A stretch of DNA of 64,000 bases from a virus: positions 12,488 through 76,487 of IMG/VR virus record IMGVR_UViG_3300028559_000026. One strand, given 5' to 3'. The stretch's first letter is position 1. Each line of letters begins with the position of its first letter. Positions 10,165-19,623 of this stretch are shown piece after piece. The notes below the pieces were generated by a model. It was not told the DNA's origin and searched no databases. It saw only the letters and a program-made list of their open reading frames with translations. The position numbers were made by a program, and so were the translations under genes.

Positions 10165-10851
10165 TTAAGTCATCCGAGGTTTATTGAGTCTGCCCCGGTT
10201 GGCTAATCTATCCGCTAGCTCATTCTCTGGATGACCTGAATGGCCTTTGATATGGCTAAAGGTCACATGTCCTGGAAATTGATTGCGTTTATATATCTCA
10301 TGCCTAATTCTTGCCACTAACTCATGATTCGACTTGATTTTCCACGAGAAGTCAGAAGCGCACCCGATTGCATACATAGAGTCAGGTCGGATCATGATAG
10401 TTGCAGACAAACATGGGATGGCATAAAACACTCTCATTACCGCTGATAGCTCGGCATGGTTATTGGTCCCATTACCGCACGATTCCGCAATTTCCGTTTT
10501 AGAGAATACATTGCCAGATACGTCCTGCTCTATAATCACCACACCTATACCTGATGGCTTATCAGGACTGGTACCACTACCATCTGTGTAGGCGGTGTAT
10601 GACCGTGATGGCTGTTGAATGCTTATTCCATTAAAGGTGCGGATACTGGCTAGTGTGTTTTCGATTGGGTAGTGCCGATAAAACGCGAAGTGTCTGTTGG
10701 TGCCTGGGCGACCAGTATAGATACCGATATCACTTACACTAAATGAATCTAGGTTGTGCTCGATAAGAGCTGAGTGGATGTCAAGTAAAAGGCGACGGGG
10801 CCAGCCGAGTTTTAATGCCTCGCTGGCGTGTGATCTATCTAGTCCAGACAT
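10165..10851 (-). CDS. rnhA: Ribonuclease HI with N-terminal extension
   Basis: YTDGS, GTNNHAEL, DSMYA, HIKGHSGHPENELADRLA. Confidence 0.92.
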   Translation of the reverse strand: MSGLDRSHASEALKLGWPRRLLLDIHSALIEHNLDSFSVSDIGIYTGRPGTNRHFAFYRHYPIENTLASIRTFNGISIQQPSRSYTAYTDGSGTSPDKPSGIGVVIIEQDVSGNVFSKTEIAESCGNGTNNHAELSAVMRVFYAIPCLSATIMIRPDSMYAIGCASDFSWKIKSNHELVARIRHEIYKRNQFPGHVTFSHIKGHSGHPENELADRLANRGRLNKPRMT

Positions 10852-10852
10852 A

Positions 10853-11083
10853 TTAGTGCTTGTGGTTACAGTGTTTGTGGTTTCGGCTATGCCAATAGCG
10901 ATCAGCCACCAGGATTACTGCAGAAGTAAGAACACCTAGCCCGAGATACAGAGGCAAGTTTTCCTTGTGGTCATGGCTAGCCACAGCACCAACACCCAGG
11001 ATGGATGCAATCAGGCTCAAGTGTGCAGGGCACAGCAAGCAGAACAGAAGCGGAGTACATACAGCGGCAATTTTAGCTTTCAT
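10853..11083 (-). CDS. Small membrane protein with Cys pair and His-rich tail (MerC/MerT-like)
   Basis: Two hydrophobic segments, FCLLCPAH, C-terminal HSRNHKHCNHKH. Confidence 0.5.
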   Translation of the reverse strand: MKAKIAAVCTPLLFCLLCPAHLSLIASILGVGAVASHDHKENLPLYLGLGVLTSAVILVADRYWHSRNHKHCNHKH

Positions 11084-11087
11084 TGGT

Positions 11088-11717
11088 TTACCTTATCGAA
11101 TGGTTTAGATCTAGATGCTCGATCAACATACGCATGAACATCTCGCCCTGTTCAATAGCGTCATCAATGCCGACATGAGTGTGTGGACGCTCAGCAGAGA
11201 ACCACCGTGGTGGCATCTCTCTTTTACCTACACGGTGATATGGTGTCTTCAGTACAGCAGCGGCGTAGGTCTTTGAGTCTAGTGCGCTGAAGCCAAGTGG
11301 GCTGTACTTAAAGAAACGAATTAGGTACCAGTAGGCCCACATGAAATCGAATCCTGCGGGATACCCAACAAAGACAGGCCGAATTTTGCGGTCAGTGGCG
11401 CTCTGTTGTGTAGAGACTACTTTCTCGATCCAGGCAGCAAAGTTACGCATACCAGCAACAGGCGCTTCTGTGTTTTGCCTAGTAGCTGTGTAGGCGTCTG
11501 GATGCTTAGCCCAAAATTCCATAGTATCGGGGCATTCAGTGGCATCGGATAATGTCTCTAAGTTGACGCTGAAAGTTGAGAGTAATACGAAGGTGTTATT
11601 ACTATTCAGCCGATACGCTGCCGATCCCAGACTAAGCATCGAGAATAGGCCTGGAATTGGACCGTTAGTCTCAACATCAGTACTGAAGTAAATCTCATTA
11701 AAATGTGGGTCGGTCAT
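11088..11717 (-). CDS. DEDDh 3'-5' exonuclease
   Basis: STDVETNGP, PAGFDF, HVGIDDAIEQ motifs. Confidence 0.88.
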   Translation of the reverse strand: MTDPHFNEIYFSTDVETNGPIPGLFSMLSLGSAAYRLNSNNTFVLLSTFSVNLETLSDATECPDTMEFWAKHPDAYTATRQNTEAPVAGMRNFAAWIEKVVSTQQSATDRKIRPVFVGYPAGFDFMWAYWYLIRFFKYSPLGFSALDSKTYAAAVLKTPYHRVGKREMPPRWFSAERPHTHVGIDDAIEQGEMFMRMLIEHLDLNHSIR

Positions 11718-11926
11718 TACTTGCGCTCCATAATCTTGCGGACTGAACCAGCAGACACCAAGGTTAACGTACTAGCGTCCACACAATTATTCACTCTGAA
11801 TGGCTTATTTCTTCTAATGGTCGGAGTGACGCTCTCAATCCAAACCCTATCACTGTCCTTATAGGACGTAGTGACTAGGTATACACCATCCTTATCTTTC
11901 ACTTTGTCGCCTCGATAGAACTTCAT
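11717..11926 (-). CDS. Small KOW/SH3-like hypothetical protein
   Basis: MKFYRGDKVKD...; start trimmed to ATG 11926 to avoid overlap with opposite-strand gene. Confidence 0.55.
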   Translation of the reverse strand: MKFYRGDKVKDKDGVYLVTTSYKDSDRVWIESVTPTIRRNKPFRVNNCVDASTLTLVSAGSVRKIMERK

Positions 11927-11953
11927 CTGATTTGGCTCCGCTATGACTGAATT

Positions 11954-12244
11954 ATGGAATCTATAGTAGCACCAACGATCCAGAAACGTCAACGTAAAAA
12001 TTTAGGAAAAGTGAAAGCCTTGTTTGAAAAGGCTTCCGTGCCGCAGGAGGCGGCTGTATACATCGAGGGTGATGGTGAACACGCCATGCTTTGTGTCCGG
12101 GTGGTTCATTCAAGACAGGTGTATCGGCAACTTCTATCAGAAATTGCTCACTCTTTGGTTGAAAGGACGATTGTTCAGGATGTGGCGGCAAACCCTGTCA
12201 AGAAAAAAAGAAGGTTTTTTGCTAAGCGTGGACTTTTAAGGTAA
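11954..12244 (+). CDS. Hypothetical protein
   Basis: 96 aa ORF, basic C-terminus. Confidence 0.55.
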   Translation: MESIVAPTIQKRQRKNLGKVKALFEKASVPQEAAVYIEGDGEHAMLCVRVVHSRQVYRQLLSEIAHSLVERTIVQDVAANPVKKKRRFFAKRGLLR

Positions 12245-12324
12245 GTGCCCGATATAATTGATAACAAAGTTATTGACTATTATCATGGTGGCAGGTAGGA
12301 TGAGTTATCAAAGGCGGTGATTTT

Positions 12325-12791
12325 ATGTTTAGACTTGGCGACAAAGTTCGAGTAATTGGTAATCCTGCATGGAAAGCTGATGTAATGGCTAGCATTGTAG
12401 GTATGGTGGGTGAATACTAGATGCCAAAGGATGCGATATTTCCTCGCTTGAAAATATCGACGTTACAAGCACTTCCATCCTTATGGAAGATGCGGACGGC
12501 ATGGAATGGGCGTGGAAACCGAATTGTCTGGAGCTTGCTTATGAGAGCAGCGAATCGAAAATTGACCGATTAGTCAATGATGTTCTCTCATTAATCAAGA
12601 GTCGCGAGGCTGAAGGCGAGACTGACTTGGAAATTAAGGTTTTGCCGAATGGTTGCGTACCATTGATCTCAAGACTGGTGCGGTCGAGCATCAATGGAGT
12701 GAGTCGCAAGAAAATTGCATCAAATGTGGCGACCACTGGTTTATGTCTAGTCTTACATGTCTGGGTGATATCAGGAAAGACCAATGCCTAG
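12325..12791 (+). pseudogene. KOW-like small gene interrupted by a frameshift at ~12414
   Basis: MFRLGDKVRVIG...VGMVGE stops at 12420; the other frame continues LDAKGCDISSLENIDVTSTSILMEDADGMEWAWKPNCLELA into ORF 12483-12791. Confidence 0.55.
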
Positions 12792-12878
12792 TAATACTAC
12801 CGATTGCATTATTTCGATACTAGATGCACTAACTGCTATTATCTTACTAGTTGCCCTCTTTAAGACCAGGAGTCGATA

Positions 12879-13295
12879 ATGCCTATCCGTTTTCAGAAGA
12901 TGATCTATCGCAAGGATTTGCGATCCAATCCTAACACCCTGTATGTGTTTGGCGATAATTTGAAGCGTCAGGGAATGGGTGGGCAAGCTGCAGAAATGCG
13001 GTACGAGCCTAATGCTTGTGGTGTGGCGACTAAGAAGTCACCTGGAACTAGCCCTGCCGATTACTTTCGCGATAATGAATATATAAAGAATTTAGAGATT
13101 TTCCATAACGATTTAGATCGTGTAGAAAATCATCTTAAGGTTGGTGGTGAAGTCGTATTTCCTACCAATGGTTTGGGTACTGGCCTGTCTAGGTTGACGC
13201 AAACAGCGCCGCAATCGTATCAGGCATTGACAGACATTATTGCTGAATTTGTAAAAAAATATGGTATGGTTGATATGAGTGAGCCGGAATATTAA
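12879..13295 (+). CDS. Conserved phage protein (YVFGDN...GGQA family)
   Basis: NPNTLYVFGDNLKRQGMGGQAAEMR, VVFPTNGLGTGL; SD AGGAG. Confidence 0.75.
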   Translation: MPIRFQKMIYRKDLRSNPNTLYVFGDNLKRQGMGGQAAEMRYEPNACGVATKKSPGTSPADYFRDNEYIKNLEIFHNDLDRVENHLKVGGEVVFPTNGLGTGLSRLTQTAPQSYQALTDIIAEFVKKYGMVDMSEPEY

Positions 13296-13337
13296 CCATG
13301 CGAAGATCTGCTCAATCATTTTGCAGGAGCTTTTTTA

Positions 13338-13535
13338 TTGATGACTCTTACGAGTGCTAAGCCCGAATCACACCAACCCACTCCAGTAATGGAAGGCTTC
13401 CACCAGGATTCACGGACGTATGGCCAGTGTGGCGATTGTGAACTTACATTCTGGGAAGACGAGCTTGAGTCTGATGGACATCTTCATTTTCCCAGACGTT
13501 TATGTAAAGATTGCTTAGGGCGGGATAGGTATTAG
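13338..13535 (+). CDS. Small zinc-finger protein
   Basis: CGDC and CKDC pairs. Confidence 0.45.
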   Translation: MMTLTSAKPESHQPTPVMEGFHQDSRTYGQCGDCELTFWEDELESDGHLHFPRRLCKDCLGRDRY

Positions 13536-13555
13536 ACTAGATATAGTACATTTCC

Positions 13556-14026
13556 TTACGGAAGGGACGTGCTATCATTTGGTTCGTGGTTATCAGTGGA
13601 CTCATCATCGACGATAATGCCAATATAGGGCATCGACATCTGCGTTAATTGACGTGCCGCAAAAGATGAGTTATAACCCAACGGACGCACATCCCGAATG
13701 GTCGCGACCGACACAAGCGATTGACGATCCACAATACCGATCTGGATATACTCGTGATTGAGCAGATCTTTGATATTAGGTACCCGACCTTCGATATGTG
13801 CTCCATGGTTAACTACACGCCAACCCGATGCAGTGCAGTTGACCGGCTCAACCGAGGTATAGTCGATTGAGGCAGCAGTGAACCGACCCAGGATAAATGC
13901 TGGCGTAGCATCATACTGGAGCCCGTAAGAAAAGTTATCGTAAATTCCGACTACTAGGACTTGCTTTGTATTGGGGTCTACCATGCCAACTTTGGCTCTG
14001 GCACCCGACATAATTTTTGGGGGCAT
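13556..14026 (-). CDS. Tail tube protein
   Basis: 156 aa immediately downstream of sheath; SD AAGGAG. Confidence 0.8.
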   Translation of the reverse strand: MPPKIMSGARAKVGMVDPNTKQVLVVGIYDNFSYGLQYDATPAFILGRFTAASIDYTSVEPVNCTASGWRVVNHGAHIEGRVPNIKDLLNHEYIQIGIVDRQSLVSVATIRDVRPLGYNSSFAARQLTQMSMPYIGIIVDDESTDNHEPNDSTSLP

Positions 14027-14035
14027 TGTTACTCC

Positions 14036-16543
14036 TTATCCACTAGCCGATGAACTTACTTGAGAGATTTTCAAATTGATTGGTACAAAGTAGATTAGAC
14101 CAGCTAATTTACTCTCGACATTCACGATAGCCGCAGTACCCTTAATTTCGACTCTGGCATTCTTATAGCCGCCCGGTGCGTCATCTGATGGGGCGGTCAG
14201 CTTAAGGCGTAAACACTCGCCCATGATCGACTTGAGGACGTTTAGAGCCTGTGCTGCGGTGATGTCTGCCTGCGACTCTCCTACCAAAGCGTCTTCCAGG
14301 TCGCGGGATAGCTTGAGTGCAATCTGGTCGCCAACATACACAGCCTGAACACTGTTCCAGTAGAAATTAGCGTCCTTGGTGTAGGTGGTCTGATCAGAAG
14401 CCCATACGAAATTGTCGCTATCATCCGTCTTGATCGGAAGTAGACCAGCAAGCAGCGCTCTCTCTACATCTGCCAGATCCGATGGGTCATAACTACCATC
14501 ACGCATAACAACACCATTCTGATTAGGTGTGCGATGCACAATTCCCTTATAGAAGCCTGCAGCTTGCATACCTGCAGCGATTACTGCCGACATCCAAGGC
14601 TGATACTGCACAATGCCCTGGCCCACAGAAGGACGGATAAAGTCAAGGAAGCTGAGTGATACTCGCCCATGCGCGAGCTGATTAGCTGCATTCTGGTCAT
14701 TCGTGAATGAATCCAGGAGCGACAGAAACGCTTGGCGATGCCGTTTACGTCGCATAGTGGACATATTGATAACGTGGGTACGTACCAGTGCGTTGATATT
14801 GGCAATCGTATAGGTAGAGCTGCTGTCCGTTTCACCATCAGCGATATCTGCAGAAGCGTCACGAGACATCAGAGGAACCACGAAGTTAACTCGCAGCTTC
14901 TCTAGTGCGGTAATTGCTGCCTCAATACCAGCTTCGGTAGTTCCACCCTTAGTACCACCACTCAGATACGTAGTAGCGCTCACAACTGCTGGGAGTCCAG
15001 AAACCGCTGGGATATTCGTAGCAGTCGTAGTGCCTAGCTGCAGAGCAGACGACAGAGTTTGAACATTGGTGAAGAAGGTAACTGCATCAACCTTCAGACG
15101 ACCAGTTTTATTTCCGAAGTCACTGCAAATACCAAGTGCAGAAACCTCATCCAGCATGGTAGGAGCCTTCTGGCCCAGCAGTGTGGTAGTTACACTGCAA
15201 GTATACCCAGGCTGTGCATTGATGAAGGTACACAGATCCGAGATGGTTGGGTACTTAGAGAAGGTAAGGTTTAGATTTGAGCCAGCGCCACCAGTGACGG
15301 TGGTTGATAGGCCCGTGGCAGTCACAGTCAGGGTAGCGGTGGTTCCTTTATAGCCGATTGACATAGCAATCTGGCCACCAGCGGTAATGGCTTCTACCAC
15401 ATTGTCAAGCGAACGTGCTACATTCAGAGTGACTGAATACTCAGAAGCACTGGTCAACAGCTTAGGAGTAGTAGACTTGCTGATCCAAGTAACCTTCGTG
15501 GTGTTTAGGCTGTAGCACAGATCGGTAAATCGACCAGTGCTGGAAGTCAGCTCGTTAACCTCAAGATTCTTGCCAGCACCATCAATTGGTAGTGCAGTCT
15601 CAAGAGTCACGGTCAGAGGAGAATAAGCCTCCACATCCGTAACAGCCACCGCAGCGGTCGCTGCGACACTTTCTGGAGCGGTGAGGGCACCAGCACCACC
15701 CGAGTCATCCAAGAGCTTTGTAGCAACAACCACGGTGTTTGTGACTGAGGTTACGACATATGAGCCACGGTTCTTGTTGGTTGCGCCCTGGATAACAGAC
15801 CCGGAAGGAATGTACAGCGTGTCACCCACAACAGGGTTAACAGCCCACGCAATACTACGGGTGATGGCTACAGAGTTACCAGTTGCAGCCAAAGCTAGTG
15901 TACCAGCCACAGTCAAAATGGCTCGGTTTACACCACCAGTACAAGCAATGCCGCTCAGTGCATCTAGCTGGGCCTGGATTGTATCAGGCGTGTCCAGTGC
16001 GGTTAGCTGGGTAGAAACTGCAGTACCACCATTCGCTCTAAACGTGATATCTGTTGCGTTGTTTGGCACCAGCAGAGTAAACAGACCAGTGGTCGGAATT
16101 ATCTCTGGGGTCTTCTGAGCGATGGTAAAGGAATACAGATTCCCATTCTCGCCATAGTTACGATCGGCAAGAGTGTGATACGTGCCACCAGCGAGATTCA
16201 GAATGACCTTAGAAGCCTTGTCGCTGACATTGGTTTTGACCAGATAGATGCGGGTCGGAGCACCAACCAGCTTCACATCAGCACTAGGAGTGACTGCCGC
16301 CACAAAAGCGTCAACCAGTCGTCCCGTACCATATTTAGCTCGTACATCACCATCCTGGGTGGGGCTAAACCAATTCTGTGATAGTGCAGTCTCTTGACTA
16401 TATGCAGGGCCTGCATCGGACTCGCCCATCAATACCATGACGCCGCTTACGGGTAGTCCGCTAGCGGAAGCCTCAACTTCAATATTCGGGTACGCTCCTG
16501 GTACAATGAGAGTCCCCTGCGGGGTTTGATATGCCTGTGCCAT
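14036..16543 (-). CDS. Contractile tail sheath protein
   Basis: LIVPGAY N-terminus, LMGESDAGP, KYGTGRLVDA, sheath-type C-terminal domain, large beta-rich insertion. Confidence 0.92.
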   Translation of the reverse strand: MAQAYQTPQGTLIVPGAYPNIEVEASASGLPVSGVMVLMGESDAGPAYSQETALSQNWFSPTQDGDVRAKYGTGRLVDAFVAAVTPSADVKLVGAPTRIYLVKTNVSDKASKVILNLAGGTYHTLADRNYGENGNLYSFTIAQKTPEIIPTTGLFTLLVPNNATDITFRANGGTAVSTQLTALDTPDTIQAQLDALSGIACTGGVNRAILTVAGTLALAATGNSVAITRSIAWAVNPVVGDTLYIPSGSVIQGATNKNRGSYVVTSVTNTVVVATKLLDDSGGAGALTAPESVAATAAVAVTDVEAYSPLTVTLETALPIDGAGKNLEVNELTSSTGRFTDLCYSLNTTKVTWISKSTTPKLLTSASEYSVTLNVARSLDNVVEAITAGGQIAMSIGYKGTTATLTVTATGLSTTVTGGAGSNLNLTFSKYPTISDLCTFINAQPGYTCSVTTTLLGQKAPTMLDEVSALGICSDFGNKTGRLKVDAVTFFTNVQTLSSALQLGTTTATNIPAVSGLPAVVSATTYLSGGTKGGTTEAGIEAAITALEKLRVNFVVPLMSRDASADIADGETDSSSTYTIANINALVRTHVINMSTMRRKRHRQAFLSLLDSFTNDQNAANQLAHGRVSLSFLDFIRPSVGQGIVQYQPWMSAVIAAGMQAAGFYKGIVHRTPNQNGVVMRDGSYDPSDLADVERALLAGLLPIKTDDSDNFVWASDQTTYTKDANFYWNSVQAVYVGDQIALKLSRDLEDALVGESQADITAAQALNVLKSIMGECLRLKLTAPSDDAPGGYKNARVEIKGTAAIVNVESKLAGLIYFVPINLKISQVSSSASG

Positions 16544-16567
16544 TTGTTACCATTACCTTTCTAATGA

Positions 16568-16572
16568 AGATT
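16568..16572 (-). promoter_or_regulatory. AATCT motif upstream of SD-led sheath gene
   Basis: AATCT then N7 then short leader AAAGGT...ATG(16543). Confidence 0.5.
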
Positions 16573-16573
16573 A

Positions 16574-17794
16574 TTACTTTGTTTTAACGGGTGGAGCCAC
16601 AGCGGAAGTCCTAGATCCAAAAATCCCACTACGGATACGTGCCAATACAGATCCGGCAGCTTGTGGTTTAGGGATAAGTGGATTAGCGCCAGTAGGACCA
16701 TCAGCGGGCTTTACTGAGCTTTGCGTAGTAGACGCAGGCACCCCATTGGGACGATTGAAGTCAAGGCTCTGTGCAGGCTTCACACTGGAGCTGATCGGAA
16801 TTGAACGAAAATTGCCCGCTGGACCCTTAACGCCCGGAAGTGTTTTATTTGGTGCGTTGGCTGGCAGTTCGGTATTCTTTGGCAGTAGACCGAGTAGGGC
16901 CTTGAATAGTTCCTCTACAGGTGCATCTTTGGAATAACCCTTATAACCAGTAAACTCAAACTTAACCAGCTTCTCTGCTTTCTTCTCAGTCTCAGCGCTA
17001 GGACCGGTCCAGGATGCGTTATTGCCCATTAGACGCTCATACATAATAAGCATGTTTGCGTGCTGACTGGCTGAAACCTCATCCTTGTAGCTAATAGACT
17101 TGTTTAGACCATTAAGGTGATGTGCAGCACCACTAAGCAATTCAGCCTTGGACATCGAAGCGGGCATATGCTTAATGCGGAGTGCTTCAAACTGTTTCTC
17201 GGTTTCATTCTTCATTACCGAAGTTGATACACTGACACGGGAAGTAGTAGAGGTGGATGCTGCTTTAGGTGGCTTAGCGGTAAGCACCTTAGACTTGGCA
17301 GAGAGCTTGGGTGAACCACCAGCGCCCGGTGGCTTAGCTGCAGGCACTTCAGCCTTTGTGGTTTTGTCTGGTTGCTTCTGTTGCTCTAGTGGCTTTACTT
17401 CTTTATGCTCTTGTGGTAGTGCGGCAATGGGCTGCTGCATCATACCGATACCCAGACCGGTTACGAATGAGCCTACACTCTTCTTAACAGGCTTGCCCGT
17501 ACCCTTACACATCTTGCAAAGAGAACTTGACTTTCCTTTGCAACCAGAGCAGGTTTCGGTAAGTGCCATCTCGTCCTTGCCGAGCTTAGGCTTTCCACCA
17601 CCAGAACCATCGCCGTTATCTACAGACTTCCCAGCCTTGGGCATACTTTTCAGCCCTTGTCCACCGATATTTTTATAACGATTCTTATCGGAATCATTTG
17701 CGTTATTCAGATTAATCAGGTCTTCGGACTTGAGAATATTAGTCAAACTCTTCTCAAGTCTTGAAAGTTGCTTTTCGATGTTTGTGTAATCCAT
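16574..17794 (-). CDS. Low-complexity putative head-internal protein rich in xxK[SA]E motifs
   Basis: AATCT-N7-ATG(17794); LEKSL, ILKSED, VKKSV, TTKAE, MSKAEL, LNKSI; CSGCKG/CKMCKG zinc knuckle. Confidence 0.65.
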   Translation of the reverse strand: MDYTNIEKQLSRLEKSLTNILKSEDLINLNNANDSDKNRYKNIGGQGLKSMPKAGKSVDNGDGSGGGKPKLGKDEMALTETCSGCKGKSSSLCKMCKGTGKPVKKSVGSFVTGLGIGMMQQPIAALPQEHKEVKPLEQQKQPDKTTKAEVPAAKPPGAGGSPKLSAKSKVLTAKPPKAASTSTTSRVSVSTSVMKNETEKQFEALRIKHMPASMSKAELLSGAAHHLNGLNKSISYKDEVSASQHANMLIMYERLMGNNASWTGPSAETEKKAEKLVKFEFTGYKGYSKDAPVEELFKALLGLLPKNTELPANAPNKTLPGVKGPAGNFRSIPISSSVKPAQSLDFNRPNGVPASTTQSSVKPADGPTGANPLIPKPQAAGSVLARIRSGIFGSRTSAVAPPVKTK

Positions 17795-17814
17795 AAACAC
17801 AAGATTAATTCGGT

Positions 17815-18825
17815 TTATGGTGGTTGCGGTAGTCCATATATATCTATGTCATCATCCTCATCACCAACAATAGGTGCATCATTGTCTGGCTGACTTAAGA
17901 ACTTACCACCACCAATTACTTTAGGGCGAGCTAGCGTGTTATTGATTCTGTCATCCTCAGACTCCACCCACCACTGGAGTATGGCACCGCTGATAGAAAT
18001 GAATCGGGTAAAAATGGGTTGTGCTTCCACACCTTCAAAGTATCGAGCTAAGCCAAAGTCACCAGAGTCTAATGCTGTAACCTCAAAGCCTCGGCCTTCT
18101 ATTAATGCTTTACGGTTTCTGAGCAGCACGAAAGTTAGAATGGAATGTAGGTATGTGAGATGTATAGCTTCTGACTGGACATGGGTACCTATTGCGTAAG
18201 TCTCCTGGAACCGAGCATTACCAAACATCAATAGCTTTGGTGGAAATGCTCCTCTAAACACTGACCCATTAAACTCATCGTTAATGTTGGTGTCTAAAAC
18301 GATGGTGTTAGGATTGTCTTTGCTACGTGATATAACTTCTAGTATCTTGTACTGATTACCATTGCGAGTGACCAGTATTTGGCCAGCGGTTAACAGAAGC
18401 TGCTTGGATATCGCTTCTGGAATTACCATAATACCTGTTGATCGGTTGTAAGAAAGTGGATTGAATGAATCAGAGATATTGTTCCATCCAGTTAACTGTG
18501 ACGCCTCTCTCTTTTCATAGTTAACATCTGCTAGCGTGTTATTGCTTTCACTGGACTTCATAATGGCAATAGTGATACAGGGGAATTGGACCTCACCGAG
18601 TCTCCGATTAATTACCACTGCGACATCAGTTGACAGAAACCAGCGCTTGGCTTCAGCAATTTCCTTTTCACCATAACGATTTTTGGTAAGGTCGTCTTTG
18701 GCAAGACTAGCAAAGCAAAAGTCAAGCAAATAAGGCTTCAACCTCATTTCGTGTAGACCTGCCATAATAGCGGTTCTAATGATGATGTCCGACTGGAAAA
18801 TACCAAGAGCTTTTGTTTCGACCAT
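17815..18825 (-). CDS. Tail completion / neck protein (putative)
   Basis: FPCITIAI..SSE motif and position upstream of sheath; AATCT-N7-ATG. Confidence 0.6.
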   Translation of the reverse strand: MVETKALGIFQSDIIIRTAIMAGLHEMRLKPYLLDFCFASLAKDDLTKNRYGEKEIAEAKRWFLSTDVAVVINRRLGEVQFPCITIAIMKSSESNNTLADVNYEKREASQLTGWNNISDSFNPLSYNRSTGIMVIPEAISKQLLLTAGQILVTRNGNQYKILEVISRSKDNPNTIVLDTNINDEFNGSVFRGAFPPKLLMFGNARFQETYAIGTHVQSEAIHLTYLHSILTFVLLRNRKALIEGRGFEVTALDSGDFGLARYFEGVEAQPIFTRFISISGAILQWWVESEDDRINNTLARPKVIGGGKFLSQPDNDAPIVGDEDDDIDIYGLPQPP

Positions 18826-18835
18826 ACAGAAGAGA

Positions 18836-19600
18836 TTAAAGTCTAGCCTCTATATATTTTACAAGTGACGGAGCAATGAGGTTATCCCACTGTTGTTGCG
18901 CCCAATCAGAAGCCTCATTCATAAAGTTCATAGGGGCAGTACCTGGATGGTCCCATTTATCAGCAGACTCTACATGCTTAGATGAAGCTATACGAAATGT
19001 CATAATAGATCTTTGCACATGGTCATTACCTTTTTTATCCTTGACCTTGTGCTGATATATCTTGGCACCTTTCAAGATTGGAAAGTTCTGTAATGGTGAT
19101 GGAAAGTTAATGGAATGGAGCATGCCGAGTTTGGGCTGTCCAGTTTCCTTATCCTTCTCTATTTTTCCAAACGGTATACGCGACTTCTTTAGTTCCTGCT
19201 TGATAGTGGCCACAATATTGGCTTGTGCTGGTGTAGCCACACTTGGTCCTACATTATGCTTAAACGGTATAGCAAGATACTTAGAACCATCCTTAGCTGT
19301 TTTGGCTTTAGGTGATGCTAAAAGATCTAGCAGCATATTGTGCTCTGATACACCTTCCTCAATCCATCTAGCTTCACCATCTAGTGTGATAAGAAATGTG
19401 TGTTCATTGACCTGGGAGTGATGCAACGCCTCAATATACATCTCTCTTCTGGAGTGTAGTTTTTGGGCAGCCTGTTCTACTATTCGGGCATGCGTCATGA
19501 TAGTAAGCTGCTGCCCAGTCTTTTCAATTTCGCTCTTGATAGCGTCAGGCAGACTTAGCATCTTATCTAGCGGAGTTAAATCTAGGTTAACAAAGAACAT
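18836..19600 (-). CDS. Neck / head-tail joining protein (putative)
   Basis: ARWIEEG, YLAIPFKH, TFRIASS, WDHPG motifs seen in SPO1-like neck proteins. Confidence 0.65.
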   Translation of the reverse strand: MFFVNLDLTPLDKMLSLPDAIKSEIEKTGQQLTIMTHARIVEQAAQKLHSRREMYIEALHHSQVNEHTFLITLDGEARWIEEGVSEHNMLLDLLASPKAKTAKDGSKYLAIPFKHNVGPSVATPAQANIVATIKQELKKSRIPFGKIEKDKETGQPKLGMLHSINFPSPLQNFPILKGAKIYQHKVKDKKGNDHVQRSIMTFRIASSKHVESADKWDHPGTAPMNFMNEASDWAQQQWDNLIAPSLVKYIEARL

Positions 19601-19623
19601 GAATCACCTAATGGTCATACTTG

